From positions 32,001 to 96,000 of the IMG/VR virus record IMGVR_UViG_3300048999_000056: a stretch of DNA of 64,000 nucleotides, one strand, 5' to 3'. The notes beneath the pieces are model-generated. The model had not been told where the DNA came from and did not search any database. It worked only from the letters and a program-made list of their open reading frames with translations. Shown here piece by piece: positions 37,759 to 47,379 of the stretch. The stretch comes from a virus. Every line of letters starts with the position of its first letter. Position 1 is the stretch's first letter. A program made the translations under genes and the position numbers.

Positions 37759-38079
37759 TCAGAAATTTCCGTTGATTACGTCGCTGGATTGTAAGCGCCG
37801 CCATCCAACCGTATCACAATAATATATACGATCCTGATCGAGCGCCACAATGTCTGCCATCGACATTGAGTAACTATTGAAGTTTCTCGGGTGCGCCGTG
37901 TTGAAGATCAGATACAGCCATTTCAACGCGTCGTCATCGGTGCTGCTATGCTCCTCTGCGATAATACCGTTGAACGTGTCGCGGTAGTCGCACCGATCGA
38001 TCTTGCGGCGTGGATTGAACGGGCGGAACGCGACCTCGCATATGCGCCCGATGCGAACCTGATATAGCGTGAACTTCAT
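37759..38079 (-). CDS. YodL-like protein
   Basis: L..LY..FN..HP..F..YSMS..DIV.L.....YYCD.VGW. Confidence 0.7.
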   Translation of the reverse strand: MKFTLYQVRIGRICEVAFRPFNPRRKIDRCDYRDTFNGIIAEEHSSTDDDALKWLYLIFNTAHPRNFNSYSMSMADIVALDQDRIYYCDTVGWRRLQSSDVINGNF

Positions 38080-38291
38080 TTTGTTGCTTTCCTCATTGCG
38101 CGATAAAGCGCCTGGATTTCTTCATGGGATATGCTCAGGCGGAACGTCACTAGTTCCCCTCCGGACAATCCTGCCGCTTCGATTGTTATGCAGAACGCGT
38201 CGCCACCGATGACGTGCATCGACGCTGCCTGCGCGAGCCGGACAATGCTGTCTTCTGTGACCTGATCGATAATCACTTAGTTGATCCTTCC

Positions 38292-38672
38292 CTACAATGG
38301 CATACGTTGATCGCTGGTAGACAGCACGTCGCATTTCTGCAATGTGACGATGATTGCGTTGCCGCCATGGTGCGCGTTGATCCGACAGACCTCCCAGCCG
38401 TGCCGCTCGCACAGCTCGCCGAAGTGCCTGCGCACCGCTCGGACCGCAGCGTCTTCGACGAAACACGCAAACTCAAGCGCCACATAATCGAAATAGGCGG
38501 TTGAGTGCCGGTGGCTTGCCGGCGCGAGATGCAGCGCCTCCAGCACGGACAGGACCGTTGTCCGCAACGCGCGCTGTGTCAGCTGCGGCACGGCGCCGTT
38601 GGTGGCGTGCTTGGCTTCCAGCGCAAGACGCCGCTCGCGAGCGGCCATGAGTAGCCTGTTGGATGTCGTCAC
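38292..38672 (-). CDS. Hypothetical protein
   Basis: ORF tiling in the early region. Confidence 0.4.
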   Translation of the reverse strand: MTTSNRLLMAARERRLALEAKHATNGAVPQLTQRALRTTVLSVLEALHLAPASHRHSTAYFDYVALEFACFVEDAAVRAVRRHFGELCERHGWEVCRINAHHGGNAIIVTLQKCDVLSTSDQRMPL

Positions 38673-38931
38673 GTGTCGTTTTCCCCGGAAGTGACAGCGG
38701 CACGATTGCCGCTGCTATCGTCACAATGCGATGGTTTTTGCTTTTGCCAACGCGGCGTCCAGATCACTGGCAGCGGCTTGTCGATCCCTCTCCGCTGCCT
38801 CCAGCAAGCGGTCGAACTCGAACGGAGCCGGTGACAGTGGAACCGTGAAACGCTGCGGCTTGCGATAAGCGTCAACCGCCATGATCAATCGAGACACGAT
38901 CAGCTTTTCGGTATCAGTCATTGTTCTCTTC

Positions 38932-39705
38932 CTATTGCAAACGGTAGTGCCCATTGGGCAGCGTCAGCAGGTTCTTCTTCAACTTGGTGGCTTGCCGCTG
39001 CAGGAAGTTCCGTCCAGCGGTCCAGCCGGTGATCGTGTTGACTTCCTCCAGCGTGCAACCGCCTTTCCGCTGCAGCAGCGCCACCACCTGATCGGACTTG
39101 TTCGGTGTGCCGGGTGCAGGCTTGCTGGCAGCCTTGCGCGGCGGCGTGGCGCCGTTCGTCGTAGCGGGCTTGGCGGCAGCCTCCGGTGCCTTGTTGTCCG
39201 TTTTCCAGCCTTCCCAGCGGGTATCCCAGTTCGGCGCCCATGCGAAGCCGAACGGACGATACTCGGCATGTTCGGCATTCAGCTTGTCGAAGCGGATTTT
39301 CGTGCCGTTCTTGAAGTGCAGCACGACCGGTGTCGCCATGCGCGGCGCGTAGTAGCGCGCCCATTCCTCCGCCTGTTGGCGCGGTACCCACTTTGCCATC
39401 ATCACCATGCACAGATCATCACCGGCAACCGCCCGCTCGGATGCCTCAGACGCGGCTGGGGCGGTTTCCGGCTCGGACCCGGACGGCAATGGCATCCGAC
39501 GCCGAACCGGCGCTGACGGCGCTGCCTGAGGCTCGGTCTGTGTGGCCTCGCGCACCTTGTCCGGCTCGGGCTTGAATCCGACGCCTCTCGCGATCAACAC
39601 GGCACCTTCCGGAATGCCCGGATTGAGCCGGCGCATGGTTGTAGCGAGCGTCCGGCTTGCCTTGCCCTGGCTGAGCGGCGGACGTGACGGCATTGGCTTG
39701 CGCAT
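38932..39705 (-). CDS. Protein with C-terminal DUF3489-like winged helix
   Basis: KSDQVVALLQRKGGCTLEE....TGW. Confidence 0.6.
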   Translation of the reverse strand: MRKPMPSRPPLSQGKASRTLATTMRRLNPGIPEGAVLIARGVGFKPEPDKVREATQTEPQAAPSAPVRRRMPLPSGSEPETAPAASEASERAVAGDDLCMVMMAKWVPRQQAEEWARYYAPRMATPVVLHFKNGTKIRFDKLNAEHAEYRPFGFAWAPNWDTRWEGWKTDNKAPEAAAKPATTNGATPPRKAASKPAPGTPNKSDQVVALLQRKGGCTLEEVNTITGWTAGRNFLQRQATKLKKNLLTLPNGHYRLQ

Positions 39706-39741
39706 GGTCTGTTTCCTTTCCGTGATTCATTCGGCTATCAG

Positions 39742-39780
39742 ATATATACAAAAGCCGCTAGTCCGTGTTGAACTAGCGGC
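39742..39780 (-). promoter_or_regulatory. Promoter-like motif overlapping a terminator hairpin
   Basis: Minus strand GCCGCTAGT-TCAACACGG-ACTAGCGGC-TTTT-GTATATAT. Confidence 0.6.
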
Positions 39781-39792
39781 TCATGTACCCGT

Positions 39793-40023
39793 TCATGCAG
39801 CCTTCATCAGCCGGAAGCCGATCGAGCCGTTGCGCCGTGTGATGGGCTTGGACACGTGCAGCCCCAGCTGCTCCGCCAGCCGTGTCACGCGCCACTGTGC
39901 CGAACCGCCCGGCCAGCCTGTCGCTGCCATGATCTCCTGGCTCGATACGCCGTTGATCCGCTTGGCGAGCCGCACGACCTCGGCAGTCTTGGCGCCGTGT
40001 GCCATCTTCACTTTCTTCGCCAT
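39793..40023 (-). CDS. DUF3489-like small DNA-binding protein
   Basis: KTAEVVRLAKR.NG.S..EI..ATGW. Confidence 0.6.
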   Translation of the reverse strand: MAKKVKMAHGAKTAEVVRLAKRINGVSSQEIMAATGWPGGSAQWRVTRLAEQLGLHVSKPITRRNGSIGFRLMKAA

Positions 40024-40445
40024 GTCCAGTCTCCTGTTGGTTTGTTGTCCTGTCTGATACAGGCGACGCCAGCGCCGTAGCGCTGGTATCGTACGCATCA
40101 GCGGTCTAGATCGTTTGCCAGCCCGCGCAGCTTGGCACAGATGAAGCCGAGTTCATACTGCGTCGTGTAGGCATCGCGTGACCACGACGTTGGCGGTGCT
40201 TGGTTGTTCCCTTCCGACTCTAGCGCTTTCATCAGATCACTTGCAGCCATTCCCAACGCGCGCAATTTGCGGATAGCTTCAATACGCTTCATCTGATTTG
40301 CTCCAACGGGTTAGGGTTTGTTCGTTGACGCCGAAGTCCTGCGCGATTTCCGACGTGCAGACTGGATTGTCATCGGGCTCGATATTATCCAGTAGCAGCT
40401 GCGTCAACGGAAAGCGCACTGGGCGCCGTGTATAACCAATTGTCG

Positions 40446-40670
40446 TCATCGACTGTCTCCTGACCGGCGCTTAGGCTTTGTTGCGTGCACAATGATGGTC
40501 CTGTTCCGCTTGGGCAGCGGTGGCGCCCGAGTGCCGAGACTGTCGAGCGCTTCGGCGATCAGGTAGGCGTCGGGAATGTCGTTGAGCGGGATCATCGCTT
40601 GCAGGTATGCCCTCACGTCCGGGTCCAGCTTGGCGAGTTCGCGTCGCAGATTGTATTCGGTGATCTCCAT
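40446..40670 (-). CDS. Hypothetical protein
   Basis: AAGGAG RBS; start MEITEY. Confidence 0.45.
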   Translation of the reverse strand: MEITEYNLRRELAKLDPDVRAYLQAMIPLNDIPDAYLIAEALDSLGTRAPPLPKRNRTIIVHATKPKRRSGDSR

Positions 40671-40833
40671 CGTCCTGCTCCTTATATATCGACGAAGTAG
40701 CCTAGCATGTTCAACACGCCATAGGCAATCGTCAGTGCCGTGATACCCATGGCGCCGGCCGCGAGAATGACCAGCGCCAGAGCGAGGATGCGTTCTGCTA
40801 TCCAGCCGACCTGACCGCGTTTGAACATGAACA

Positions 40834-41049
40834 TCAGAGGCTGATGCTTGCCAGCTTGTGGCGGTTGTAGGCATTGTTGCGGCTGATGTCGCTGTTGGTC
40901 TGCTCGCCCGTGCCTTTGCACGAATGGCAGGGACCTTCCTTGCCGGTGAACTTGCCGTTGACCACGGCGCCGCCCCAGCGGTAGGTGCCCGAGCCGTTGC
41001 ACTTGGCGCACCTGCCCGGTGCGGCGTTCGGAATTGCGAAATCATACAT
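40834..41049 (-). CDS. DnaJ-type zinc-finger small protein
   Basis: CAKCNGSG...CHSCKGTG. Confidence 0.65.
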   Translation of the reverse strand: MYDFAIPNAAPGRCAKCNGSGTYRWGGAVVNGKFTGKEGPCHSCKGTGEQTNSDISRNNAYNRHKLASISL

Positions 41050-41297
41050 GATTGAGTTTCCCCTGATTAGGTGATCGCAGCGTCGGTTGAACGCTGCGCT
41101 CATATAGTCAGGTTGAATTGTTGTTTGGGGATGGTCGCAGGGCCTCTGAGCTATACCGAGGCGCATCACACAACCGGCTTATGGGTTGTAAGCGCCTGCC
41201 TCTCAGCGGGTGCATGTTCGCTGGCGTTTATGTTGCCAGCCTGGGGCTCGTTGGAGCCGGGTGATCCCCCTGAGGCAGCGCCCCAGGAACGAGCTAT

Positions 41298-41327
41298 GTA
41301 TAGGGGTATCCGACACGCGGATGCAAG
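41298..41327 (-). promoter_or_regulatory. Sigma70-type early promoter
   Basis: TTGCAT-N17-CTATAC, close to the alphaproteobacterial CTTGAC-N17-CTATAT consensus; IHF-like site TTTCAATGACTTA at 41343-41355. Confidence 0.55.
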
Positions 41328-41372
41328 AACTTTCTTCAACGCTAAGTCATTGAAATCGTTATGGGCGGGCAG

Positions 41373-42920
41373 TTACGCCAACAATTTTCTCGCTTTGGCG
41401 CTGCTCAGTGCCGCCAGCAGGTCCTGCCCCTCGGCCAGATAGTGAAGAATCCGGCGCTCCACCCCGCTACAGACCAGATCGTCTACTGTGACGGAGCGGG
41501 CGCCCCGAGCCATGGGGCGGTCCTGCGCCTGTTGCCGCTGGATCGGCGATACGGGCGATTCGTAGAATATGAGGTAGTCCGCCGTGCTCATGTCGATCGA
41601 CATGCCGCCTTTCGTCGCATTGGCAACGAGAATATGCGTCCTGCGGTCCTGGAAGTCGCTGATGATCTGCCGGCTGTCCTTGCTGCCGCCGTATAGCCAG
41701 CCGAACGCGATGCCCCGGCGTCGCAGCATATCGGTGATCAGCTTGCCGGTATGGATGTAGTGGTGGAAGATCACAACCTGTACGTCGGCCGGTGCGTGCT
41801 GGGCGAACTCCTCCAGCCATTCGAGTTTCGGGTTGCTGCGGAAATGGACGATCCGCTCAACGCCCGTGCGATCCTTGAACGGCAGGTATCCGCTCGCGAC
41901 CTGTCGCAGCCGGTGAAACGTGTTCTGGATTTCAACGCTATGTCGGTCCAGCTTGACCAGCTTGTCAACCACGTCGCGGTAGGCGTCCAGCTGATCTCCC
42001 CACATATGCAGCTCGACCACGGTGGACAGCACGGTCTGCTGCTCGACCTCGCTGCGTTTGTAGATCATCGCCAGCGATGACATTTTCCGCTCAAGCTGCG
42101 GCATCTTCTTTTTGTCGAACTTGTATTCCTGCTTGCCGCTAAACCAGTTCTTGCGGCCGGTGCCGAACGCCTGCTCGAAGAAGTAATAGTTGTAACCAAG
42201 CGTCTCGCCGCGATCGACAAGAAATGCCTGCGACCACAACGCAAACGGATTACGCCCGAACGGCGTGCCGGTCAACCCGAGCCGGAACTTGCACTCAGCC
42301 GTCATGGCTGCAGCAATGTTGAAACGCAGCGATAGATGGTTCATGCACAGATGGATTTCGTCTATGATGCAGAGCCCGAGAAAACTGCCGGCATCGGCAA
42401 CTACGTCACGCTGCGCGTAGACCTTCGCGTTGCCATAGCGATTGATACCACGCTTGCCGAACATTTCCTGCAGCCCCGACCAGGGCACAACGATCAGATC
42501 CGTTTCGTTGTCCTCCAGCCCGTCAATGAACTCGTCGAGGTCCAAATGGCATATCTTGACGCGAAGATCGGAACGCAACGCTGCCTCGCGTTCCCAGACC
42601 GGTAGACCGTCCGGTGAATGCGCGATGACCAGACCCTTGTTGAGCCATAGCTTCGACTTGCGTAGATGCTCAGCCCAGTTCAACGCGATCGAGGTTTTCC
42701 GCATACGTGGCTCGAAATAGAGCAACGCGCGGCGCTGGTAGAGCGCGAACGCAATTCCTTCAAGCTGGTGCTGCTGCAACTCGGTCTTCGGCTTGAAGGG
42801 TTGCCCGGTGCTGTTATAGATCGACAACTCAAGCCGCTGCCGATCCATGCCTTTGAAGGCTGGGATGCGGACCGGCAGCCGGCTCAGAAAGCGATCGATA
42901 GCTTGCGCGGCAACAACCAT
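41373..42920 (-). CDS. SNF2-family helicase
   Basis: HQLEG, IIDEIH, LTGTP, LRQVASG, Q..DR motifs. Confidence 0.85.
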   Translation of the reverse strand: MVVAAQAIDRFLSRLPVRIPAFKGMDRQRLELSIYNSTGQPFKPKTELQQHQLEGIAFALYQRRALLYFEPRMRKTSIALNWAEHLRKSKLWLNKGLVIAHSPDGLPVWEREAALRSDLRVKICHLDLDEFIDGLEDNETDLIVVPWSGLQEMFGKRGINRYGNAKVYAQRDVVADAGSFLGLCIIDEIHLCMNHLSLRFNIAAAMTAECKFRLGLTGTPFGRNPFALWSQAFLVDRGETLGYNYYFFEQAFGTGRKNWFSGKQEYKFDKKKMPQLERKMSSLAMIYKRSEVEQQTVLSTVVELHMWGDQLDAYRDVVDKLVKLDRHSVEIQNTFHRLRQVASGYLPFKDRTGVERIVHFRSNPKLEWLEEFAQHAPADVQVVIFHHYIHTGKLITDMLRRRGIAFGWLYGGSKDSRQIISDFQDRRTHILVANATKGGMSIDMSTADYLIFYESPVSPIQRQQAQDRPMARGARSVTVDDLVCSGVERRILHYLAEGQDLLAALSSAKARKLLA

Positions 42921-43143
42921 GTTAGTGCATCAACGTGCAGACCATGAATCCGGCGAAAAAGCCGACTGCGCCAACGAATGAACAGGTGATCAATGGTACT
43001 ATCATTTGCTTGCCCCCTCCGGCATCTTCATCCGTCGCGGCAGATCGTGCAGGCACTTGTCGGACGGCAAGAGGTATTGGCAATCGCCAGGGCACAGCCT
43101 GTCAGGGTGACGGTGACAGGCTGGCAGCTCCTGGCATTGCGGT

Positions 43144-44580
43144 TCACTTGCCGTGCTCGGCTTCGTCTGTCTCCTCGGTCTGCTCTTCTGCGGGTTGTTT
43201 TCCGGTGACACGGTCCAGCTCACTTTCTGTTGCCTGATCCATATATACGCTCGATAGGTGGAATTGCCCAGTGACGTAGGATTGCGAGATAAGCACGCGG
43301 AACTTATCCTCCTCGTCACGTGCGGCATCAACGAGGATACGCGCGAGGCCCATCTTGCGTTCCTCGTCGGTGCGGTTGAACGTCAGTACGGTATCAGCTG
43401 TGCCGACCTTGCTCCAATCCTCCGACACGCCTTTCGAGCCGAATAGCTTGGCGCCCTCGGTCGCTCGATTGCCCTGCGTCGGCGCGCACAACGCCATGTC
43501 ACGCCGTACGCACAGACCGCGCAATTGCTGATACAGCCGCCCGGTGTCGATCCGCAGATTGTCGGCATTGATCGACATGAGATCGGGATAATCGATGATC
43601 AGCAGGTCGGGCACGAAGTTCTCTTCGCGCGCAAGCATGTCGAGATAGGCATCGAGCTGCGGAACTGTCAACGCTCCTGTCGGCCATCCTTTGATCAACA
43701 GGCGCGGACGCAAGCCGAATGACTGCAGCCGGCGGACGATCTCCTGCTTGCTGGCGGTCATCAGGCCCATCGCCTGATACTCGTGCAATGTGATCATGCC
43801 GGACAGCCTGCCGGTCTGCGGATCACGCGACAGCTTGGGCAACTGCACGGTCTGTGCCTCGCGCTTGGTCCAGGCATTGAACGCTTGTACATACCGGCGC
43901 TTCGTCAGTTTCTCCGAGTTCTCCAATGTCATGTGCAACGTCGTATGCCCATCGCGGAAATTGGCCTTGCCGAGATTGACGCACCACCAACTTTTGCCTG
44001 CCTTCTTGGGAGCAATGAACAACGTAAACGTGCCGCGCTCCGGGCGGATGCCGCGTATGTCCAGTTCTTCCACACCGGACGAGAACCGCTCGCCGCTGGT
44101 CTGTTCAACGAAACTGAGATCGGTATCGTGCAGCCACGTGCCGCGCGTCATGCGCGAACGGAACGCCGGTTGCCCCCAAATCAGCTCGTCAGCCTTTGTC
44201 TCGTCACCGGCCTGCAATACCTCCAACGCGTTCTCCAGCGCATTCATCTTGGATTGCCGCCGCATCCAGTCGTCGAGGCCGCCAATGACGAAATTTGGAT
44301 CGAGATCGGCCTGCACGCGTTGCGTCTCGTCAATTATGGACGCCATGAACTTGCCTTCGCTGCGCTTCAGCTCGTTCTCCATCACGTCGCGGATATGCCC
44401 CTGCGGTGCGTGCCTGTAATCAACGATGAACTTGATTGCGGCTTCCGCTATGCGTTGAAAGGCTCTGGTGCTGAATATCTCCGGCTCCAAGATCGATGCG
44501 AGCATGCTTGCGTGCTCGTTGTTCCAGATCAACAGGGTGATAACGTTTTCCTCGGCAGTGCCTTGCAGTTGATTAGCCAT
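43144..44580 (-). CDS. DnaB-like replicative helicase
   Basis: APKKAGKS Walker A, TLE, IIDYPD, TQGNR, SEDWSK. Confidence 0.85.
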   Translation of the reverse strand: MANQLQGTAEENVITLLIWNNEHASMLASILEPEIFSTRAFQRIAEAAIKFIVDYRHAPQGHIRDVMENELKRSEGKFMASIIDETQRVQADLDPNFVIGGLDDWMRRQSKMNALENALEVLQAGDETKADELIWGQPAFRSRMTRGTWLHDTDLSFVEQTSGERFSSGVEELDIRGIRPERGTFTLFIAPKKAGKSWWCVNLGKANFRDGHTTLHMTLENSEKLTKRRYVQAFNAWTKREAQTVQLPKLSRDPQTGRLSGMITLHEYQAMGLMTASKQEIVRRLQSFGLRPRLLIKGWPTGALTVPQLDAYLDMLAREENFVPDLLIIDYPDLMSINADNLRIDTGRLYQQLRGLCVRRDMALCAPTQGNRATEGAKLFGSKGVSEDWSKVGTADTVLTFNRTDEERKMGLARILVDAARDEEDKFRVLISQSYVTGQFHLSSVYMDQATESELDRVTGKQPAEEQTEETDEAEHGK

Positions 44581-45136
44581 TGCTGCGCTCGTCGTTGCTG
44601 TTGTGAAATTCGCCAAATAGCTGCCGTGCTGCTTGTTCGTAAGCTGCTGCGGCATCCTCGGGTGTCTTGAAGTATCCCAACGACTTGCGTTTGCCGTTGA
44701 TATTTATGTACGCGATCCATCTAGGTGGTAGCTTCGGGCGATGCTTACCATTGTAGCGAGCCACTCCTCGGTATCCAGAAGTGTTATTAGCATGGCGACG
44801 GCGGTTCTGCATGTTCTGCGAGTGGGTAGCCTCTCGCAGATTGTCGTGTTTGTCGTTGATTGCGTTTCGATTCCGGTGATCGATCTCCTGTCTCGGAAAC
44901 CGCCCGGTTGTGAGCGCCCATATGATATGTGAAGCTAGGTAGTTCTTGCCTGCAATCTTCACTAAGCGATAGCCATTGCGATTTATACATCCGGCGAGCA
45001 TGCCTCCTCGTACGCGACCGTGAAGTCCTTTTCGCCATCGTAGAATGCCTGTAGATGGGTCGTACATAAACAGCGACCGTAAGATTTCAACGGCATCCGA
45101 TTCTAGATTAGCAACGCCAGTAAGCTGTTGCGGCAT
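44573..45136 (-). CDS. HNH-AP2 homing endonuclease
   Basis: YDP.TG...W, IDH.N....N....NLR.AT..QN..N, NNTSGYRGV, LG.F.T.EDAA.AY. Confidence 0.85.
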   Translation of the reverse strand: MPQQLTGVANLESDAVEILRSLFMYDPSTGILRWRKGLHGRVRGGMLAGCINRNGYRLVKIAGKNYLASHIIWALTTGRFPRQEIDHRNRNAINDKHDNLREATHSQNMQNRRRHANNTSGYRGVARYNGKHRPKLPPRWIAYININGKRKSLGYFKTPEDAAAAYEQAARQLFGEFHNSNDERSNG

Positions 45137-45168
45137 ATAGACTTCTCCGTTTGCTCTTGGTCCTAATG

Positions 45169-46962
45169 CTACCGAAGACGGTTGATCGACGTTCCCTCTT
45201 GCTCCCGTGTGCACACCCAAACTTCATCGAATGGGAATGTCATTGAGCGGTGGTCCAGCAACCAGACGGCACGTGCACTCTGTTCCGTGCGGTCCTGCAG
45301 GCACGTCAACAAATCATCGATGCCCTCCGGTGACAGCCAAGCCGTCGGTTCATCGAATACCTCTACCGAGTGATATACGCCGGCCATGTTCTGTATCAGG
45401 GAAGCCAGTCCGAAACTCACTGCCAGCTTGACGCGTTGCGCCTCGCCGAACGAGTAGGACTTGTATGTGCCCTGCCCGAGCGCGTTGACGGCGTGCACGT
45501 GGATACCGGGTGAACGCGTGCCGGACTCGATCTCATAGCGGATGCGCCATGCCCCGATGCCGAGCTGTGCGGCTGCCGATGCCGTCTCGATCTCCAGCAA
45601 TGCCAGGATGCGGCGGATCAGGAACAGCCGGACCAACCGAAAACCGCGCTTCCAGTAGTCAACCTTGATCTGATCCTCGGCCAGCGTCTCGATCGCAAAT
45701 TGCAGGCTCTGGACGGTTTCGGCGAGCTGGTCAGCCTGCTGGCGGACCGACGCGATACGGTCTGCCAGGGGCGCTGCCTGGCTGCCACGCTGGGCTTCCT
45801 CCAGCCGCTGGCGGGCTTGTGCCAGACCGCGCTGGCAGGCTGCCACGTCGGCCCGTGCGGCGGTCTGTTCGTGCTCGCATCGCACGCGCGCTTCACGGGC
45901 TTTCTTGGCTTCGACTTCTACCTCCACCATGACCCTACCGGCATCGCGCCAGTCGCGCTCCAGGTGGTCGAGTTTTACGCCCGTATCGTCAGCCTGTAAT
46001 TCGAGTTCTCGCATCCGACGTTGCGCGAACACCTGATCGATCCGTTGCTTGCACGTTGGGCATGACTTGTGGTCGCGCAGGAAGTCGCTGTCTCCGAGGA
46101 TGTCCTTATGCCGGAATGCCGCCTGCGTGTGATCGGTGCGGATGACTTCGATAATGTCCTGCAGCTCGCGTAACTGCAGATCGATGTCCTGTTCCGCCTG
46201 CTGCCTCGCCGTCAATGCCTGAGCAATGCCACGGGCACGCTGTTCGGCAGCACGCAATGCGTTGTCGGCCTGCACATAGTCATTCTTCAAGCCTTCCTCT
46301 GCGCGCGCATGATAGTCCTGCCATTCGGCTTGTGTCGCCGTGAGTTCCTGCAACAGTTTGTCGAGCCCGCTCGCGCGGCCTGCCTCGTGGGACTTGGTAT
46401 TGTTGAGTTCGCTCAGGCTCTTCGTCATTTTCGCCGACTGCTCGCCGGCAAAGTCTGACAATTTCAGCCAGACGCCCAGTCCCATGATCTCGTCCATCAA
46501 CGCGCTACGTTCTGGTATCGACAGGTCCATGAACAGCGGCGCCGACTGGCCGAAGATCACCGAATGCACGAAGCGCAACCGCGTCATGCCCATCAGCGCA
46601 TCGACGGCAGCCTGCGGCACCGGCTCATTGTTCAACAGTAGCGTATCAGGCGAACCGGTGCGATCGATGATTTGCGTTTCACCGTCAACATTATACTGCG
46701 CGATGACATGCGGACGTTGCTTGAGTTCCCACGTGGCGAGGTCCGACGCGCGCTCGCCTCGGATCGAGGTCCCATAAAGGCACCACGTCAACGCATCCCA
46801 CAACGATGACTTGCCGCTGCCGTTCGATCCGAGCGCGGGCTCGACCTTGTTGATTCCAGTGATGAAGCGGAACCCGCCCTCGGTCGGAAATTCGATCCGT
46901 GTCTCCTGGCTGAAGCAACGAAACGCGGTGATCGTCATTGCCTCCAGCACGATCAGCCGCAT
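45169..46962 (-). CDS. SbcC/Rad50-like (gp46) recombination ATPase
   Basis: SNGSGKSS Walker A, coiled coil with CPTC hook, S.GE..R signature, FDEP Walker B. Confidence 0.9.
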   Translation of the reverse strand: MRLIVLEAMTITAFRCFSQETRIEFPTEGGFRFITGINKVEPALGSNGSGKSSLWDALTWCLYGTSIRGERASDLATWELKQRPHVIAQYNVDGETQIIDRTGSPDTLLLNNEPVPQAAVDALMGMTRLRFVHSVIFGQSAPLFMDLSIPERSALMDEIMGLGVWLKLSDFAGEQSAKMTKSLSELNNTKSHEAGRASGLDKLLQELTATQAEWQDYHARAEEGLKNDYVQADNALRAAEQRARGIAQALTARQQAEQDIDLQLRELQDIIEVIRTDHTQAAFRHKDILGDSDFLRDHKSCPTCKQRIDQVFAQRRMRELELQADDTGVKLDHLERDWRDAGRVMVEVEVEAKKAREARVRCEHEQTAARADVAACQRGLAQARQRLEEAQRGSQAAPLADRIASVRQQADQLAETVQSLQFAIETLAEDQIKVDYWKRGFRLVRLFLIRRILALLEIETASAAAQLGIGAWRIRYEIESGTRSPGIHVHAVNALGQGTYKSYSFGEAQRVKLAVSFGLASLIQNMAGVYHSVEVFDEPTAWLSPEGIDDLLTCLQDRTEQSARAVWLLDHRSMTFPFDEVWVCTREQEGTSINRLR

Positions 46963-47171
46963 GTTGAATCTTCTTCATCTGATAATTCGATAGAAGCCTT
47001 CCGTGCTTTTTGGGCTACCATCCGGCAGAATCGTTTTATTTGCTCCTGTGTACAATCGCAGTGTTTCATCGTCATCAACGCGAAAAAAAGCGATAGTTCG
47101 GCGGGCATTCCGTTTAGAATCCGCTCTACAACTCTGTCGGCAAGCCCGTGTAAATTATACTGCTCGGCCAT
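46953..47171 (-). CDS. Small AT-rich inserted gene
   Basis: Lower GC than neighbours; flanked by a 12-bp direct repeat. Confidence 0.45.
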   Translation of the reverse strand: MAEQYNLHGLADRVVERILNGMPAELSLFFALMTMKHCDCTQEQIKRFCRMVAQKARKASIELSDEEDSTCG

Positions 47172-47184
47172 AACATTCAACCTT

Positions 47185-47364
47185 TCAGCCGCATGTGGCG
47201 CCATCCGGCATGCTGTCAACGACCTTGCCGAGTTCTTCTATTATGTCGCTCATGGCATGCGGGTAGCGTGTCTTGTCGAGTTGCTGGATGCCGAGCCGCC
47301 GTGTGTTGCTGTAGACTTGGAATAGGATCGTCTTTTCGGTTTCCTGTATCTCGATACGCAACAT
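47185..47364 (-). CDS. Hypothetical protein (59 aa)
   Basis: AAGGAGG RBS; MLRIEIQETEK...; below the ORF-track length cut-off. Confidence 0.5.
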   Translation of the reverse strand: MLRIEIQETEKTILFQVYSNTRRLGIQQLDKTRYPHAMSDIIEELGKVVDSMPDGATCG

Positions 47365-47379
47365 GCTTTCCTCCTTCGT

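Noticed and set aside
41050-41300. tRNA gene in the structured intergenic region
   Set aside because: No cloverleaf with a T-loop GTTCRA and matching acceptor stem could be identified.
44639-45136. 17-nt near-identical repeat GTAAGCTG(C/T)TGCGGCAT at 44639 and 45120 as a target-site duplication
   Set aside because: The 44639 copy lies inside the AP2 domain and encodes the usual DAAAAY motif, so it is probably coincidental.
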